Assembly (NCBI GenBank): GCA_018652625.1
Contig: JABIBT010000027.1
Span: 587 to 64,586, forward strand
Length of the DNA: 64,000 bases
Source: Candidatus Woesearchaeota archaeon
GTDB lineage: Archaea > Nanobdellota > Nanobdellia > SCGC-AAA011-G17 > PNOQ01
Reading direction: 5' to 3'
Shown: in pieces, positions 8,641-16,643 of the stretch
How positions within the stretch are numbered: the first letter of the stretch is position 1
Layout: each line of letters begins with the position of its first letter
Translations under genes and position numbers: made by a program
The notes under the pieces: generated by a model
Seen by the model: the letters and a program-made list of their open reading frames with translations, nothing else
What the model was told of the DNA's origin: nothing
Database searches by the model: none

Positions 8641-8668
8641 TAATATATAAAGCTTTCGGAATTAAATT

Positions 8669-10123
8669 CTATTTTATTTTTTTAAAGTCCAAATCTCCAG
8701 ATAATAGTTCTCTCACAAGAGTCTTAAGATTAGAAATTTTAACCCGAGCTTGTTTCATTGTAGAAACTTCTCTTATTGTAACATCTTTCTTCTTTAAGGA
8801 ATCATGATCAATAGTTATACAAAAACTTGTACCCACTTCATCCATTCTCCTATATCTTCTACCTATGCTACCAGAACTATCATAAACACATACAAACTCT
8901 TTATCTAACTCCTCAAAGGTCTCCTTAGCAACTTTATCCATTCCATCTTTTTTCATCAAAGGAAAGACTGCAACATCAATTGGTGCCATCCCTTTATCAA
9001 AACTTAACCAATCTCTTTTCTTATCATCAATTAAAGAATTTTCCAGTAAAGCATAAGTTGTTCTTTCTAATCCAAAAGCAATCTCCAAGATTTTTGGAAT
9101 CTCTCCAGAAACTTCCATTTTAGTTTTAGAAAATTTGCTATGCTGTTTTAAATCATAATCTGCTCGATCATGTACACCACAAAGTTCAAACCACCCATAT
9201 CTATCAGTATTAACTTCAATGTCCCAAGCATCCTTTGCATAGTGAACTAATTCATTTGGATTATGTTGCCTTATTCTAATCTTTTTTGGATCAAATCCCA
9301 TATCTTTAACTAATTTATATGCAACATAAACAATATACGAATATGCTTCAGTTTTCATATATTTCTTCTTTACAACATCACCAAGTTTAACATTCACAGT
9401 TTTCTTAGAACCATATTTCATCAAGGGAAATGTTTCAGATGAGAATTCCTTGAATTTTTCAAATTTCTTTTCCTGTTCACTTAAAATAAACAGTTGAGCC
9501 TCTGCTTGAGTAAACTCTCTTGTCCTAAATACGCCTTGTCTTGGATTAATTTCATTTCTATATGCCTTACCAATCTGAAAAACTCCAAAAGGCATTTTAG
9601 TTCTAAAAAATCTATATAATTCTGGAAATAATAAATAAGTAGTTGTGGCAGTCTCGGGTCTTAAAAACACTTCTTGATCTAAACCAACTCCTGTTTTCAT
9701 CATTAGATTCCTCTTTTCAACATTGTCAAAAGTACCTTTATTACAGGAAGGGCATTTTATCTTTCTTTTTTTCAAAAGAGCCTTTAATTTGTCCGGATCA
9801 GTATCTTCAACATCATCCATTAAATGGTCAACCCTATAGGCAGAACCACATTTATTACAATTAGTAACATAATCAGTAAGACCATCTAGGTGGCCAGAAG
9901 CTTCCCAAACTTTGGCAGGCATTATACTTGGGCATTCGACTTCCCAAAAACCAAAGCCCATAAAACCTTTCTTTAGAACATTCTCAACCTTATTTTTTAG
10001 TAATTTTCCTAATGGGCCCCAATCATAAAAACCAGCCAATCCGCCATCATAAATATTTGGACTTGGTCCCCAAACAAAACCTCTTCTCTTTGCTAAGTCT
10101 AGTACTTTATCTTCAACTTTCAT
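8669..10123 (-). CDS. glyS: Glycine--tRNA ligase (alpha2 archaeal/eukaryotic type)
   Basis: N-terminus RRGFVWGPSPNIYDGGLAGFYDWGPLG, class II core motifs (FRTREFTQAE; GLERTTYALLE) and an internal Zn-ribbon-like CNKCG...CPSC. Confidence 0.9.
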   Translation of the reverse strand: MKVEDKVLDLAKRRGFVWGPSPNIYDGGLAGFYDWGPLGKLLKNKVENVLKKGFMGFGFWEVECPSIMPAKVWEASGHLDGLTDYVTNCNKCGSAYRVDHLMDDVEDTDPDKLKALLKKRKIKCPSCNKGTFDNVEKRNLMMKTGVGLDQEVFLRPETATTTYLLFPELYRFFRTKMPFGVFQIGKAYRNEINPRQGVFRTREFTQAEAQLFILSEQEKKFEKFKEFSSETFPLMKYGSKKTVNVKLGDVVKKKYMKTEAYSYIVYVAYKLVKDMGFDPKKIRIRQHNPNELVHYAKDAWDIEVNTDRYGWFELCGVHDRADYDLKQHSKFSKTKMEVSGEIPKILEIAFGLERTTYALLENSLIDDKKRDWLSFDKGMAPIDVAVFPLMKKDGMDKVAKETFEELDKEFVCVYDSSGSIGRRYRRMDEVGTSFCITIDHDSLKKKDVTIREVSTMKQARVKISNLKTLVRELLSGDLDFKKIK

Positions 10124-10147
10124 ATTTCTTTAGAATTAGTTGTATTT

Positions 10148-10804
10148 TTATAGCTTTTGGATATCTCTTAAAGAAACAATACCCTTTCCTTCTAATCTGG
10201 GGCAACAGGTATTAACCCATACTTCAATATCATTAAAATCTTCTAATCTATTGATGTCTATCTCATTTGACATAAAAACATAAGCTTCTTTTCCACAGGT
10301 TTCTTTGAATTTTAAGGCAGCTTTTAATGCATGCTGTCCAGGTTTTGTAGATACAATGATTCCAATTTTATCTGTCATAAGATATTTAGAAACTTTAGCT
10401 CTTCGCCTTTTCTCTAACATTTCTAATTCTTCTTCTTTAAATTTGGAAAATTTTTCAGTTACCGGATTCAAAAAATATAGTTTTTTTATTTTAGTTGAAT
10501 CAATCAACTCTAAAGGATGAAACTCTCCACTACCAACAAATAGAAAAGCATCTACTTTATCTTTCAATTGAATTGCTTTCCCAGCATTACATCCAACCAT
10601 TTGTCCAGCAACAACTACTTTTTTCCCTTCTTTTTCTAAGTATAACTTAACTTTATCTAAATACTTTACAAATTGAATAGAAGAAACCAAACCAATTTTA
10701 TTTTCTTTAATCTTTATTTTTTTCAAAAATTTATTTATATTAAGATTTTCAACTTCAGCAGGTACAAAAATCGTCTTAACGCCTTGAATAGTTCTTTCTT
10801 CCAT
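10148..10804 (-). CDS. Diphthamide synthesis Dph2-like protein, N-terminally short form
   Basis: Dph2-type motifs IGLVSSIQF, GQMVGCN, FLFVGSGEFHPL, IGIIVSTKPGQ and NTCCPR. It is only 218 aa, whereas I recall about 330-340 aa for archaeal Dph2. Confidence 0.65.
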   Translation of the reverse strand: MEERTIQGVKTIFVPAEVENLNINKFLKKIKIKENKIGLVSSIQFVKYLDKVKLYLEKEGKKVVVAGQMVGCNAGKAIQLKDKVDAFLFVGSGEFHPLELIDSTKIKKLYFLNPVTEKFSKFKEEELEMLEKRRRAKVSKYLMTDKIGIIVSTKPGQHALKAALKFKETCGKEAYVFMSNEIDINRLEDFNDIEVWVNTCCPRLEGKGIVSLRDIQKL

Positions 10805-11328
10805 TATTTCTTCTTCATCTTACTAACTTCTGCCTTATCCGAAATTATAGCAGAGTTTCCAGAAGGATCCTCTATAACAATTTTCATAGGAAGATCTCCA
10901 AATTTTATTTTCCTTATTTTCTTCAATAAATTCTTAGCAGATTTCCTAACTGAAGGGTCATCAGAACTATCTCTCTGCCCTTCAATGACCTTTTCAAATT
11001 TTCCAATTAATCCTTCAACATTAGAAATAAATCCATCAGAACCCTCACCTGGCTCAATACTCATCCTTAAGGTAGGTATCTTAACCAAAGCATTAGACGA
11101 TTTAACAATTCTAACCTTCATATCTTCTTCAGAAGTTGTTTCGAAAGTAATTTTTACTGGTTCTTTATCTTCAACCGCTTCAATATCCGCTTTAGAAAAT
11201 CCACAATCTTCACAACAGATACTAAAAACGAAAGTCTTTCCAAAATAAGGGACATCTATTTCTTCTTCCATTAACACTGCCTTTTTCTTACCACAAACAG
11301 GACAAGGTTGATTTTTCAATGTATCCAT
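10804..11328 (-). CDS. ZPR1-type zinc-finger protein
   Basis: CPVCGKK...VPYFGK...CEDCGF, followed by a ZPR1-like beta-rich domain. The size is typical of single-domain archaeal ZPR1 proteins. Confidence 0.7.
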   Translation of the reverse strand: MDTLKNQPCPVCGKKKAVLMEEEIDVPYFGKTFVFSICCEDCGFSKADIEAVEDKEPVKITFETTSEEDMKVRIVKSSNALVKIPTLRMSIEPGEGSDGFISNVEGLIGKFEKVIEGQRDSSDDPSVRKSAKNLLKKIRKIKFGDLPMKIVIEDPSGNSAIISDKAEVSKMKKK

Positions 11329-11362
11329 AAAAAGAAAGAATAGAAAATGTTTATAAAATTAT

Positions 11363-11776
11363 TTATTCTTCACTTACCATATCTTCAGAAGTACTTTCTA
11401 CGCGACTACCAGATCTATAAACACCAGCAAATCCAGGAGTAACAACAATCCAATCTTCTCCAAATCCAGCAATATCTCCTTCAATCGCATCACAAGTCTT
11501 TTTCAGCTTGTTTATGGCTCTTTTTAGTTCTACTGGATCTCTTTCCCTTAAAGGTTTTATATTAACCAAACTGATAGTGTATCCTTCTCTCAAAGAATCC
11601 AAAACTGGTTTTATGTCTGTAAAATCATCAAGTATAAACGGCCTAACAACAATTTTTGCCTTTGGATCTTTCGAAGTTGTTGTTTCTAACTGAACATAAT
11701 CCTCATTGAATTCATCAGGAAACTCCTCCTCATATCCCGCACCTCTTGATTTAAATTTCGAAAAAAATTCCTTCAT
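11363..11776 (-). CDS. sepF: SepF-like cell-division protein (FtsZ anchor)
   Basis: The C-terminal domain pattern IVVRPFILDDFTDIKPVLDSLREGYTISLVNIKPL...IEGDIAGFGEDWIVVTP matches the SepF/DUF552 fold pattern. Confidence 0.7.
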   Translation of the reverse strand: MKEFFSKFKSRGAGYEEEFPDEFNEDYVQLETTTSKDPKAKIVVRPFILDDFTDIKPVLDSLREGYTISLVNIKPLRERDPVELKRAINKLKKTCDAIEGDIAGFGEDWIVVTPGFAGVYRSGSRVESTSEDMVSEE

Positions 11777-11821
11777 TTTTACCTCTTTTGATGGGTAGCG
11801 AATTAAAATTTATAAAGATTT

Positions 11822-12076
11822 CTATTGTGGAATGCTCTCTAATTTACTCACTATATCCCAGATCTGGGTTTTTATGTGGACAGGAATATTGGCATCTTCG
11901 CTTAACTCATCAAGATCCTGAAGGGACCTATCAACTTTAAGAGAAACAGCACTTTCATTATTAACTAAATTATCATAAACTTCTCTAAGTTTACACTTAA
12001 CCAGCTTAGGAGAATTTTCATCATTATTTAATTCATCTAACAATGCAATAATCTCACCAAATAATTCATTTGTCAT
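11822..12076 (-). CDS. Small conserved archaeal helical protein (UPF0147-like)
   Basis: 84 aa, with C-terminal NIPVHIKTQIWDIVSKLESI resembling the UPF0147 signature as I remember it. The family assignment is tentative. Confidence 0.45.
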   Translation of the reverse strand: MTNELFGEIIALLDELNNDENSPKLVKCKLREVYDNLVNNESAVSLKVDRSLQDLDELSEDANIPVHIKTQIWDIVSKLESIPQ

Positions 12077-12398
12077 TTTTTAAGGATTTCATAACCTCTT
12101 CTTGTAAGGGCATAATTTCCTCCCTCATTTTTTCTTCTTGTTTTTCAATTTCTTTTATTTTTTTGTCAAGCAGATCCTTCTTATCTTCAAGTTCCTTAAC
12201 CAATTTATCCTTTTCAGATTTAACAACAATTTGCCCAACAATTTTATAAACTTCTTCAGAACCTTTAGATTCGTGTAAAGCATTTTCTAATTCTAGAAAT
12301 TGACCTTGAAAAGTTTGTTTTTGCATAAGAAACCCTTGTAACTTTTGTTCCATCATCTGCAACTCAGCGACTTTTTTCTGTGCATCTTTTTCTTCCAT
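12066..12398 (-). CDS. pfdB: Prefoldin beta subunit
   Basis: Coiled coil / beta-hairpin / coiled coil layout (QMMEQKLQ...VYKIVGQIVVKSEKDKLVKELEDKK...). It lies in the conserved L37Ae-RpoP-prefoldin-beta neighbourhood. Confidence 0.75.
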   Translation of the reverse strand: MEEKDAQKKVAELQMMEQKLQGFLMQKQTFQGQFLELENALHESKGSEEVYKIVGQIVVKSEKDKLVKELEDKKDLLDKKIKEIEKQEEKMREEIMPLQEEVMKSLKNDK

Positions 12399-12400
12399 TT

Positions 12401-12538
12401 TTATTCCGCCTTGACTTTAACATTAACCGTTCGAGGTTTGAACAATATTTTTGAACCACAGTATGGACATCTTACTCGCTTTTTAACGGTATCGCTTTTT
12501 ACAATTTTCCCACAATTAAAACATTTATATTCTGCCAT
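12401..12538 (-). CDS. rpoP: DNA-directed RNA polymerase subunit P (Rpo12)
   Basis: Not in the ORF track. My translation is MAEYKCFNCGKIVKSDTVKKRVRCPYCGSKILFKPRTVNVKVKAE, a 45-aa CxxC...CxxC zinc ribbon typical of RpoP. It sits between L37Ae and prefoldin beta. Confidence 0.8.
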   Translation of the reverse strand: MAEYKCFNCGKIVKSDTVKKRVRCPYCGSKILFKPRTVNVKVKAE

Positions 12539-12539
12539 T

Positions 12540-12755
12540 TTATTCATCAAATGCATAGGCTTTTCCAGCAAATTTCACATTACAATTTTTACATTGCCAG
12601 ATTCCCGCACTAACTCTCTTAATTTTATCTTTTAAACATTTAGGACAAGTATACTTTTTCTTTTGCTTAGCCTCTATCTTAGATAACTTATGTTTGATAG
12701 GTCCACCATACCTAGCACCAAATCTTCCTGCACTTCCAACTTTTTTCTTTGCCAT
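12540..12755 (-). CDS. rpl37ae: Ribosomal protein eL43 (L37Ae)
   Basis: MAKKKVGSAGRFGARYG... with the CPKC...CKNC zinc ribbon. Confidence 0.9.
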   Translation of the reverse strand: MAKKKVGSAGRFGARYGGPIKHKLSKIEAKQKKKYTCPKCLKDKIKRVSAGIWQCKNCNVKFAGKAYAFDE

Positions 12756-12811
12756 TTTTCTATTTAACTAGTAATTCAGTGTTAAATTCCTTTTTAAAAA
12801 GGTTTCTATGT

Positions 12812-12818
12812 AAAAAAA
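12812..12818 (-). terminator. T7 run immediately 3' of tRNA-Pro
   Basis: The plus strand reads AAAAAAA directly after the tRNA discriminator position. Confidence 0.45.
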
Positions 12819-12891
12819 TGGGACTGCGAGGATTTGAACCCCGGTCTAGTGGCCCCAAACCACCAATGCTACCAAACTACACCACAATCCC
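12819..12891 (-). tRNA. tRNA-Pro (anticodon TGG)
   Basis: Manual cloverleaf. Acceptor GGGATTG/CAGTCCC, anticodon stem GGTGG/CCACT with loop TTTGGGG, T-loop TTCAAAT, discriminator A. Confidence 0.85.
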
Positions 12892-12968
12892 TTTCATAAA
12901 TTTTAGTGGAAATACAACATTAATAAAGTTTACTAAAATTTTATAAGCTAAGATACAATGACAAAATT

Positions 12969-13589
12969 ATGGATAGAAACACCGAGACAACAATTCAAGC
13001 ATATGATGCAACAGTTTTAGATTATCACGAAAAAACAAAGGATTTATTCCATTCAAAAGAAGCCAAACTTTTTACAGCATTGGTTGGATCTGGAGCACAC
13101 ATATTAGACCACGGTTCTGGACCGGGGAGAGACGCAAAATTATTTACAGAATTTGGATATAGAGTAACCGGCATTGACTTATCCCAAAAAATGAATGATT
13201 TTGCATCCAAAATTGCTCCAAAAGCAGACTTTATGAATATGGACATTAGAAATTTAGATTTTGAAGACGAGACATTTAATGGGGTATGGTCGGTAACTTC
13301 ATTATTACATTTGCCAAAATCAGATATTCCTGGAGCACTATCTGAAGTGTATAGGGTATTAAAAAGAGGAGGAATATTTTATTGTGTTGTCAAACAAGGA
13401 GAAGGAGAAGAGTTAAGAGTAGATCCGAGATACGAAGAGAGGATAGAAAAGTTCTTTTCATCTTTTCTATCTAGTGAATTAGAAAATTTTCTTTCAGATG
13501 CAAATTTCAGAATAATAAGATCAAGAATGGCAACCTTAGACACATACTCAATACGTCCAGAACTTAGAATATTTTCTGCCAAAAATTAA
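12969..13589 (+). CDS. Class I SAM-dependent methyltransferase
   Basis: Motif I ILDHGSGPGRD, with post-I GIDLS and motif IV-like VWSVTSLLHL. Confidence 0.8.
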   Translation: MDRNTETTIQAYDATVLDYHEKTKDLFHSKEAKLFTALVGSGAHILDHGSGPGRDAKLFTEFGYRVTGIDLSQKMNDFASKIAPKADFMNMDIRNLDFEDETFNGVWSVTSLLHLPKSDIPGALSEVYRVLKRGGIFYCVVKQGEGEELRVDPRYEERIEKFFSSFLSSELENFLSDANFRIIRSRMATLDTYSIRPELRIFSAKN

Positions 13590-13978
13590 CCACGAATTCT
13601 TTTTCGAGTCTCTTCTACAGATAACCTTCTAGATTCATCTAACTCTAATCTAGTTATCACGCCACCAATAGAAATTTCATATATGGGTTTTCCAGCATCA
13701 GCTAAAAATTCTGCTTCTCCATAAACACCTGCACCTAACATATCATCTTCAAAAGGCAAGAAAGTTCCAGCATCCATATTTGGCAAAACATCTTTGAAGT
13801 AATAATCCCTCCCTCTTTCCCCTCGAGACTTACGGGCCTGATATCCTTCTTCATGATGGGGTTGATTTGGATTTTCAACTTCGTGGCCTGGAAACACTTT
13901 TTTGATTTTCTCAACTAATTCAGATTCTTGCTCAGTCCCATATGTATTTACAGGATGACCGAAGTACATTTTAGCCAT
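13586..13978 (-). CDS. Hypothetical protein
   Basis: ORF with plausible coding composition. The start is placed at the ATG (MAKMYFGHPV...), since the tracked start at 14017 is TTG. I recognised no family. Confidence 0.4.
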   Translation of the reverse strand: MAKMYFGHPVNTYGTEQESELVEKIKKVFPGHEVENPNQPHHEEGYQARKSRGERGRDYYFKDVLPNMDAGTFLPFEDDMLGAGVYGEAEFLADAGKPIYEISIGGVITRLELDESRRLSVEETRKRIRG

Positions 13979-14025
13979 AAAAGGGGGAGCAAAGAATAGT
14001 TTAAAAAGATTTAGCAAAAAGAGAA

Positions 14026-14715
14026 CTACTTTTTCTCTTCTTCCTTTCCTTCTTCAGGCTTAACTTCTTCAGCACCCTCGGCAACCGGTTCAGCTTCTCC
14101 ACCTTCAGCAGGTTCTTCAGCTTCCTTCTTCTCTTCTTCTTCCTTAGCTTTAGCTACTTCGGCCTGTTTCTTTTCTAAGTCTCTAAATTCAGAATTTAAT
14201 CTTTCTAATTTTTCTGAAGAAACTTCAGTCATTTCTTCATTGATTTCTTTATCATACTTGCCTTCGAAAACATCTTGAGAAGTTTCTTTAGCTTCTTTGC
14301 TTTCAACCAACAAACCTAAACTTTGACAGCTACCTATAACCATCTTGACAGCCGATTTTAAATTATTAGCTAACATAGAATCTTTTTTCATTCTAGCAAT
14401 TTTTATAATCTGTTCAATAGCCAAGTTTCCAACTTTGGCATTAGCTTGATCACCAGATCCTTTCTTAAGATTGATTTCAGTTTTAATTAATTCAGAAACA
14501 GAAGGACTTCCAACTTCGATTTCAAAACTTTTATCTTCAGTTTCGACCATCACCTTAACAGGAACTTTCATTCCCTTGAAATCTTTAGTTTTTTCATTAA
14601 TCTCCTCTAAAATAGCTTGAAGATTTACTCCAAGTGGACCAAAAGCTTTTCCCATTGCGGCTCCAGCTGAAGCTTTTCCGCCCTCTATAATAACATCAAC
14701 AATTTCTTTACTCAT
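14026..14715 (-). CDS. rpl11: Ribosomal protein uL11 with ~70-aa Glu/Lys-rich C-terminal extension
   Basis: L11 core (GGKASAGAAMGKAFGPLGVN...KVGNLAIEQIIKIARMK) followed by EKKQAEVAKAKEEEEKKEAEEPAEGGEAEP... Confidence 0.9.
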   Translation of the reverse strand: MSKEIVDVIIEGGKASAGAAMGKAFGPLGVNLQAILEEINEKTKDFKGMKVPVKVMVETEDKSFEIEVGSPSVSELIKTEINLKKGSGDQANAKVGNLAIEQIIKIARMKKDSMLANNLKSAVKMVIGSCQSLGLLVESKEAKETSQDVFEGKYDKEINEEMTEVSSEKLERLNSEFRDLEKKQAEVAKAKEEEEKKEAEEPAEGGEAEPVAEGAEEVKPEEGKEEEKK

Positions 14716-15187
14716 TTTCTTTTTCTCCTTCTTCTCTTCTTATTACTTTAACAGAATCTAATTTAACAGTTATTGGAATAGGAACAGCAGCTTCCAACAA
14801 TTCCACAATAACATCTTCTTTTATCATATCAATTCTAACAACCTTGGCCTGCTCTCTTTTGAAAGGACCCGTGATAATTTCAACGATATCATTCTTCTTA
14901 ATATTAACTTCGGTTTTTGATTGTTCCAACATTGATTCTACTTCTGAATATTCTAATGGCTTAGCCAATAAACCTCTTGCATATGGGACCCTAGAAATTC
15001 CTTCTTCGGCTTCTGCTCTTGAGGCAGCTTCTAAAAAAATATAACCTCTCAAACCATGAGGTCTAAAAGCACTATAAATTTTAATCCCTTTTCTTTCAGC
15101 ATTTGCAGATACAAAATCTAAGACTTGATCCTCTCTATTTGCGGTAGTTCTTAAGGCAAATATGTATGTTTTTTCTTCTTCGCTCAT
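14708..15187 (-). CDS. spt5: Transcription elongation factor Spt5 (archaeal NusG)
   Basis: NGN domain (IFALRTTANRE...GYIFLEA) and KOW motif (DIVEIITGPFKREQAKVVRID). It lies in the secE-spt5-L11 order. Confidence 0.9.
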   Translation of the reverse strand: MSEEEKTYIFALRTTANREDQVLDFVSANAERKGIKIYSAFRPHGLRGYIFLEAASRAEAEEGISRVPYARGLLAKPLEYSEVESMLEQSKTEVNIKKNDIVEIITGPFKREQAKVVRIDMIKEDVIVELLEAAVPIPITVKLDSVKVIRREEGEKENE

Positions 15188-15378
15188 TTTGTTATTAATG
15201 CTCCTGCTAAATAAATTAAAAAGCCAACAAAACCAATTAATAAAGTTCCTAATCCTGCTACTTTCAAAGTTATTTTATATTCTTCCTTATTTGGTTTTCT
15301 TGTAACCTTCAATACCCTTTTGTTTTGCAAAAGAAAGCTTTTAAGCTTTGATCCAAAACTTTGTTTTTCTTGTTCCAT
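15184..15378 (-). CDS. secE: Protein translocase subunit SecE/Sec61-gamma
   Basis: 64 aa. RVLKVTRKPNKEEY is followed by a single C-terminal TM segment. It has the conserved position upstream of spt5. Confidence 0.8.
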   Translation of the reverse strand: MEQEKQSFGSKLKSFLLQNKRVLKVTRKPNKEEYKITLKVAGLGTLLIGFVGFLIYLAGALITK

Positions 15379-15474
15379 TCTCTAGTGATTTTAATAACAA
15401 AGAATTTAAAAATGTTGCTTTTAATAGACTTATAAATGTTTCTACTGGTTAAAGAATAATAAAAAAGAAATAAA

Positions 15475-16587
15475 TTAATCTACGAACTCAATTCCAAGCT
15501 CGTTTTCAATATCTTTTCTCTTCTTGTCTGCTGGAACGTTTCTATGTCCGAAGATTTGTGGGCTTTGAACTCCCGTAACAATCAACATAACCCTCAAGGT
15601 TTTGTCCATATCTTCAGAAATCTGTGCTCCCCAGATGATTTTTGCATCCTCATCTAATCTTTGAGAAACACTCTCTACAACACCCTTGGCTTCTGCCAAA
15701 GACATATCAGATCCGCCGACAATGTTAATCAAAGCACCATCCGCTCCAGTTATGTCTACATCAAGCAATGGATTGTTGATTGCGTGTTCAACGGCTTCCA
15801 TTGCCCGATTTTCACTATCAGATTCGCCAACACCAATAGAAGCAGCACCCCCTTTTCCCATAACTGTTTTAATATCAGCAAAGTCTAGATTAACCAAGCC
15901 TGCCTTTGTAACTAATTCTGCAATTCCTTTAACAGCATTAGTCAAAATTTCATCAGCTACCTTAAAAGAAGTATGCAAAGGTAAATCCGGGGCCAAATCT
16001 AGTAATTTATCATTTGGAATAACTATTAATGTATCAACAATGTTTTCTAATTTTTCTAATCCAATAAGAGCATTCTCATATCTTCTTTGACCTTCCATTT
16101 CAAAAGGAATAGTAACAATTCCAACTGTCAAAATTCCCAATTTTTTAGCAATATCCGCAATAACTGGACCACTTCCAGTACCAGTTCCACCACCAAGGCC
16201 ACAAGTAACAAAAATCATGTCTGCGCCCTTCAAAGAATCTCTTATTTCATGTTCACTCTCTCTTGCGGCTTCTTCACCAACTTGAGGTACACTTCCTGCA
16301 CCAAGTCCTTGAGTAAGTTCCTTTCCAATTAGAATTTTAGTATTTGCATTAGTATATAATAAATCTTGGGCATCAGTATTAATAGCAATTGTTTGTGCAC
16401 CAGCAATCCCAACTTCAGAAATTCTGTTAATTGTATTGTTTCCAGCACCCCCGGCACCAATAACTTTTATTTTTGCCTTCTGTGCAGAAATTAATGACTC
16501 TAATTCTTCATCAATGTTACTCAATTTTTCAGGCAACGCCCTAGAAATTGAATCAATAGATTTTGCATCTTCAATAAAGCTTTCCAT
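15475..16587 (-). CDS. ftsZ: Cell division GTPase FtsZ
   Basis: Tubulin signature [10 protein letters not shown], with the nucleotide-binding motif IGAGGAGNN and T7 region NLDFAD. Confidence 0.95.
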   Translation of the reverse strand: MESFIEDAKSIDSISRALPEKLSNIDEELESLISAQKAKIKVIGAGGAGNNTINRISEVGIAGAQTIAINTDAQDLLYTNANTKILIGKELTQGLGAGSVPQVGEEAARESEHEIRDSLKGADMIFVTCGLGGGTGTGSGPVIADIAKKLGILTVGIVTIPFEMEGQRRYENALIGLEKLENIVDTLIVIPNDKLLDLAPDLPLHTSFKVADEILTNAVKGIAELVTKAGLVNLDFADIKTVMGKGGAASIGVGESDSENRAMEAVEHAINNPLLDVDITGADGALINIVGGSDMSLAEAKGVVESVSQRLDEDAKIIWGAQISEDMDKTLRVMLIVTGVQSPQIFGHRNVPADKKRKDIENELGIEFVD

Positions 16588-16609
16588 CTTTAACCCCTTT
16601 AATCGTGTT

Positions 16610-16621
16610 ATTTGGGGGAAA
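16610..16621 (-). promoter_or_regulatory. GC-rich promoter-proximal motif TTTCCCCCAAAT (ftsZ promoter)
   Basis: On the minus strand it lies 9 nt downstream of TATA (TTTATATA, 16631-16638) and about 22 nt upstream of the ftsZ ATG. Near-identical motifs occur at 17349-17360 and 58319-58330. Confidence 0.4.
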
Positions 16622-16630
16622 TAATCTCAA

Positions 16631-16638
16631 TATATAAA
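16631..16638 (-). promoter_or_regulatory. TATA box of the ftsZ promoter
   Basis: TTTATATA about 47 nt upstream of the ATG. The leader carries the SD-like AAAGGGGT. Confidence 0.45.
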
Positions 16639-16643
16639 GTTAA

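Noticed and set aside
10673-11248. A 191-aa plus-strand ORF. Other long antisense ORFs are of the same kind: 15686..16090, 16087..16332, 19353..19916, 17789..18055, 22482..22819, 23228..23548, 56481..56831 and 50944..51231.
   Set aside because: All lie fully inside well-supported genes on the opposite strand (ZPR1/Dph2, FtsZ, S2P, SPFH, TatD, Taw1, Nre, beta-helix). They have low-complexity hydrophobic or Ser-rich translations typical of antisense frames in AT-rich DNA.
12904-12918. TAGTGGAAATACAAC, which resembles the core of archaeal ORB origin-recognition boxes (CCAGTGGAAAC).
   Set aside because: It is a single partial copy with no inverted partner or repeat cluster, and it is 14 kb from orc1/cdc6. 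That is insufficient to call an origin.
12749-12946. A tracked plus-strand 65-aa ORF.
   Set aside because: It spans tRNA-Pro in antisense, so it is not a credible gene.
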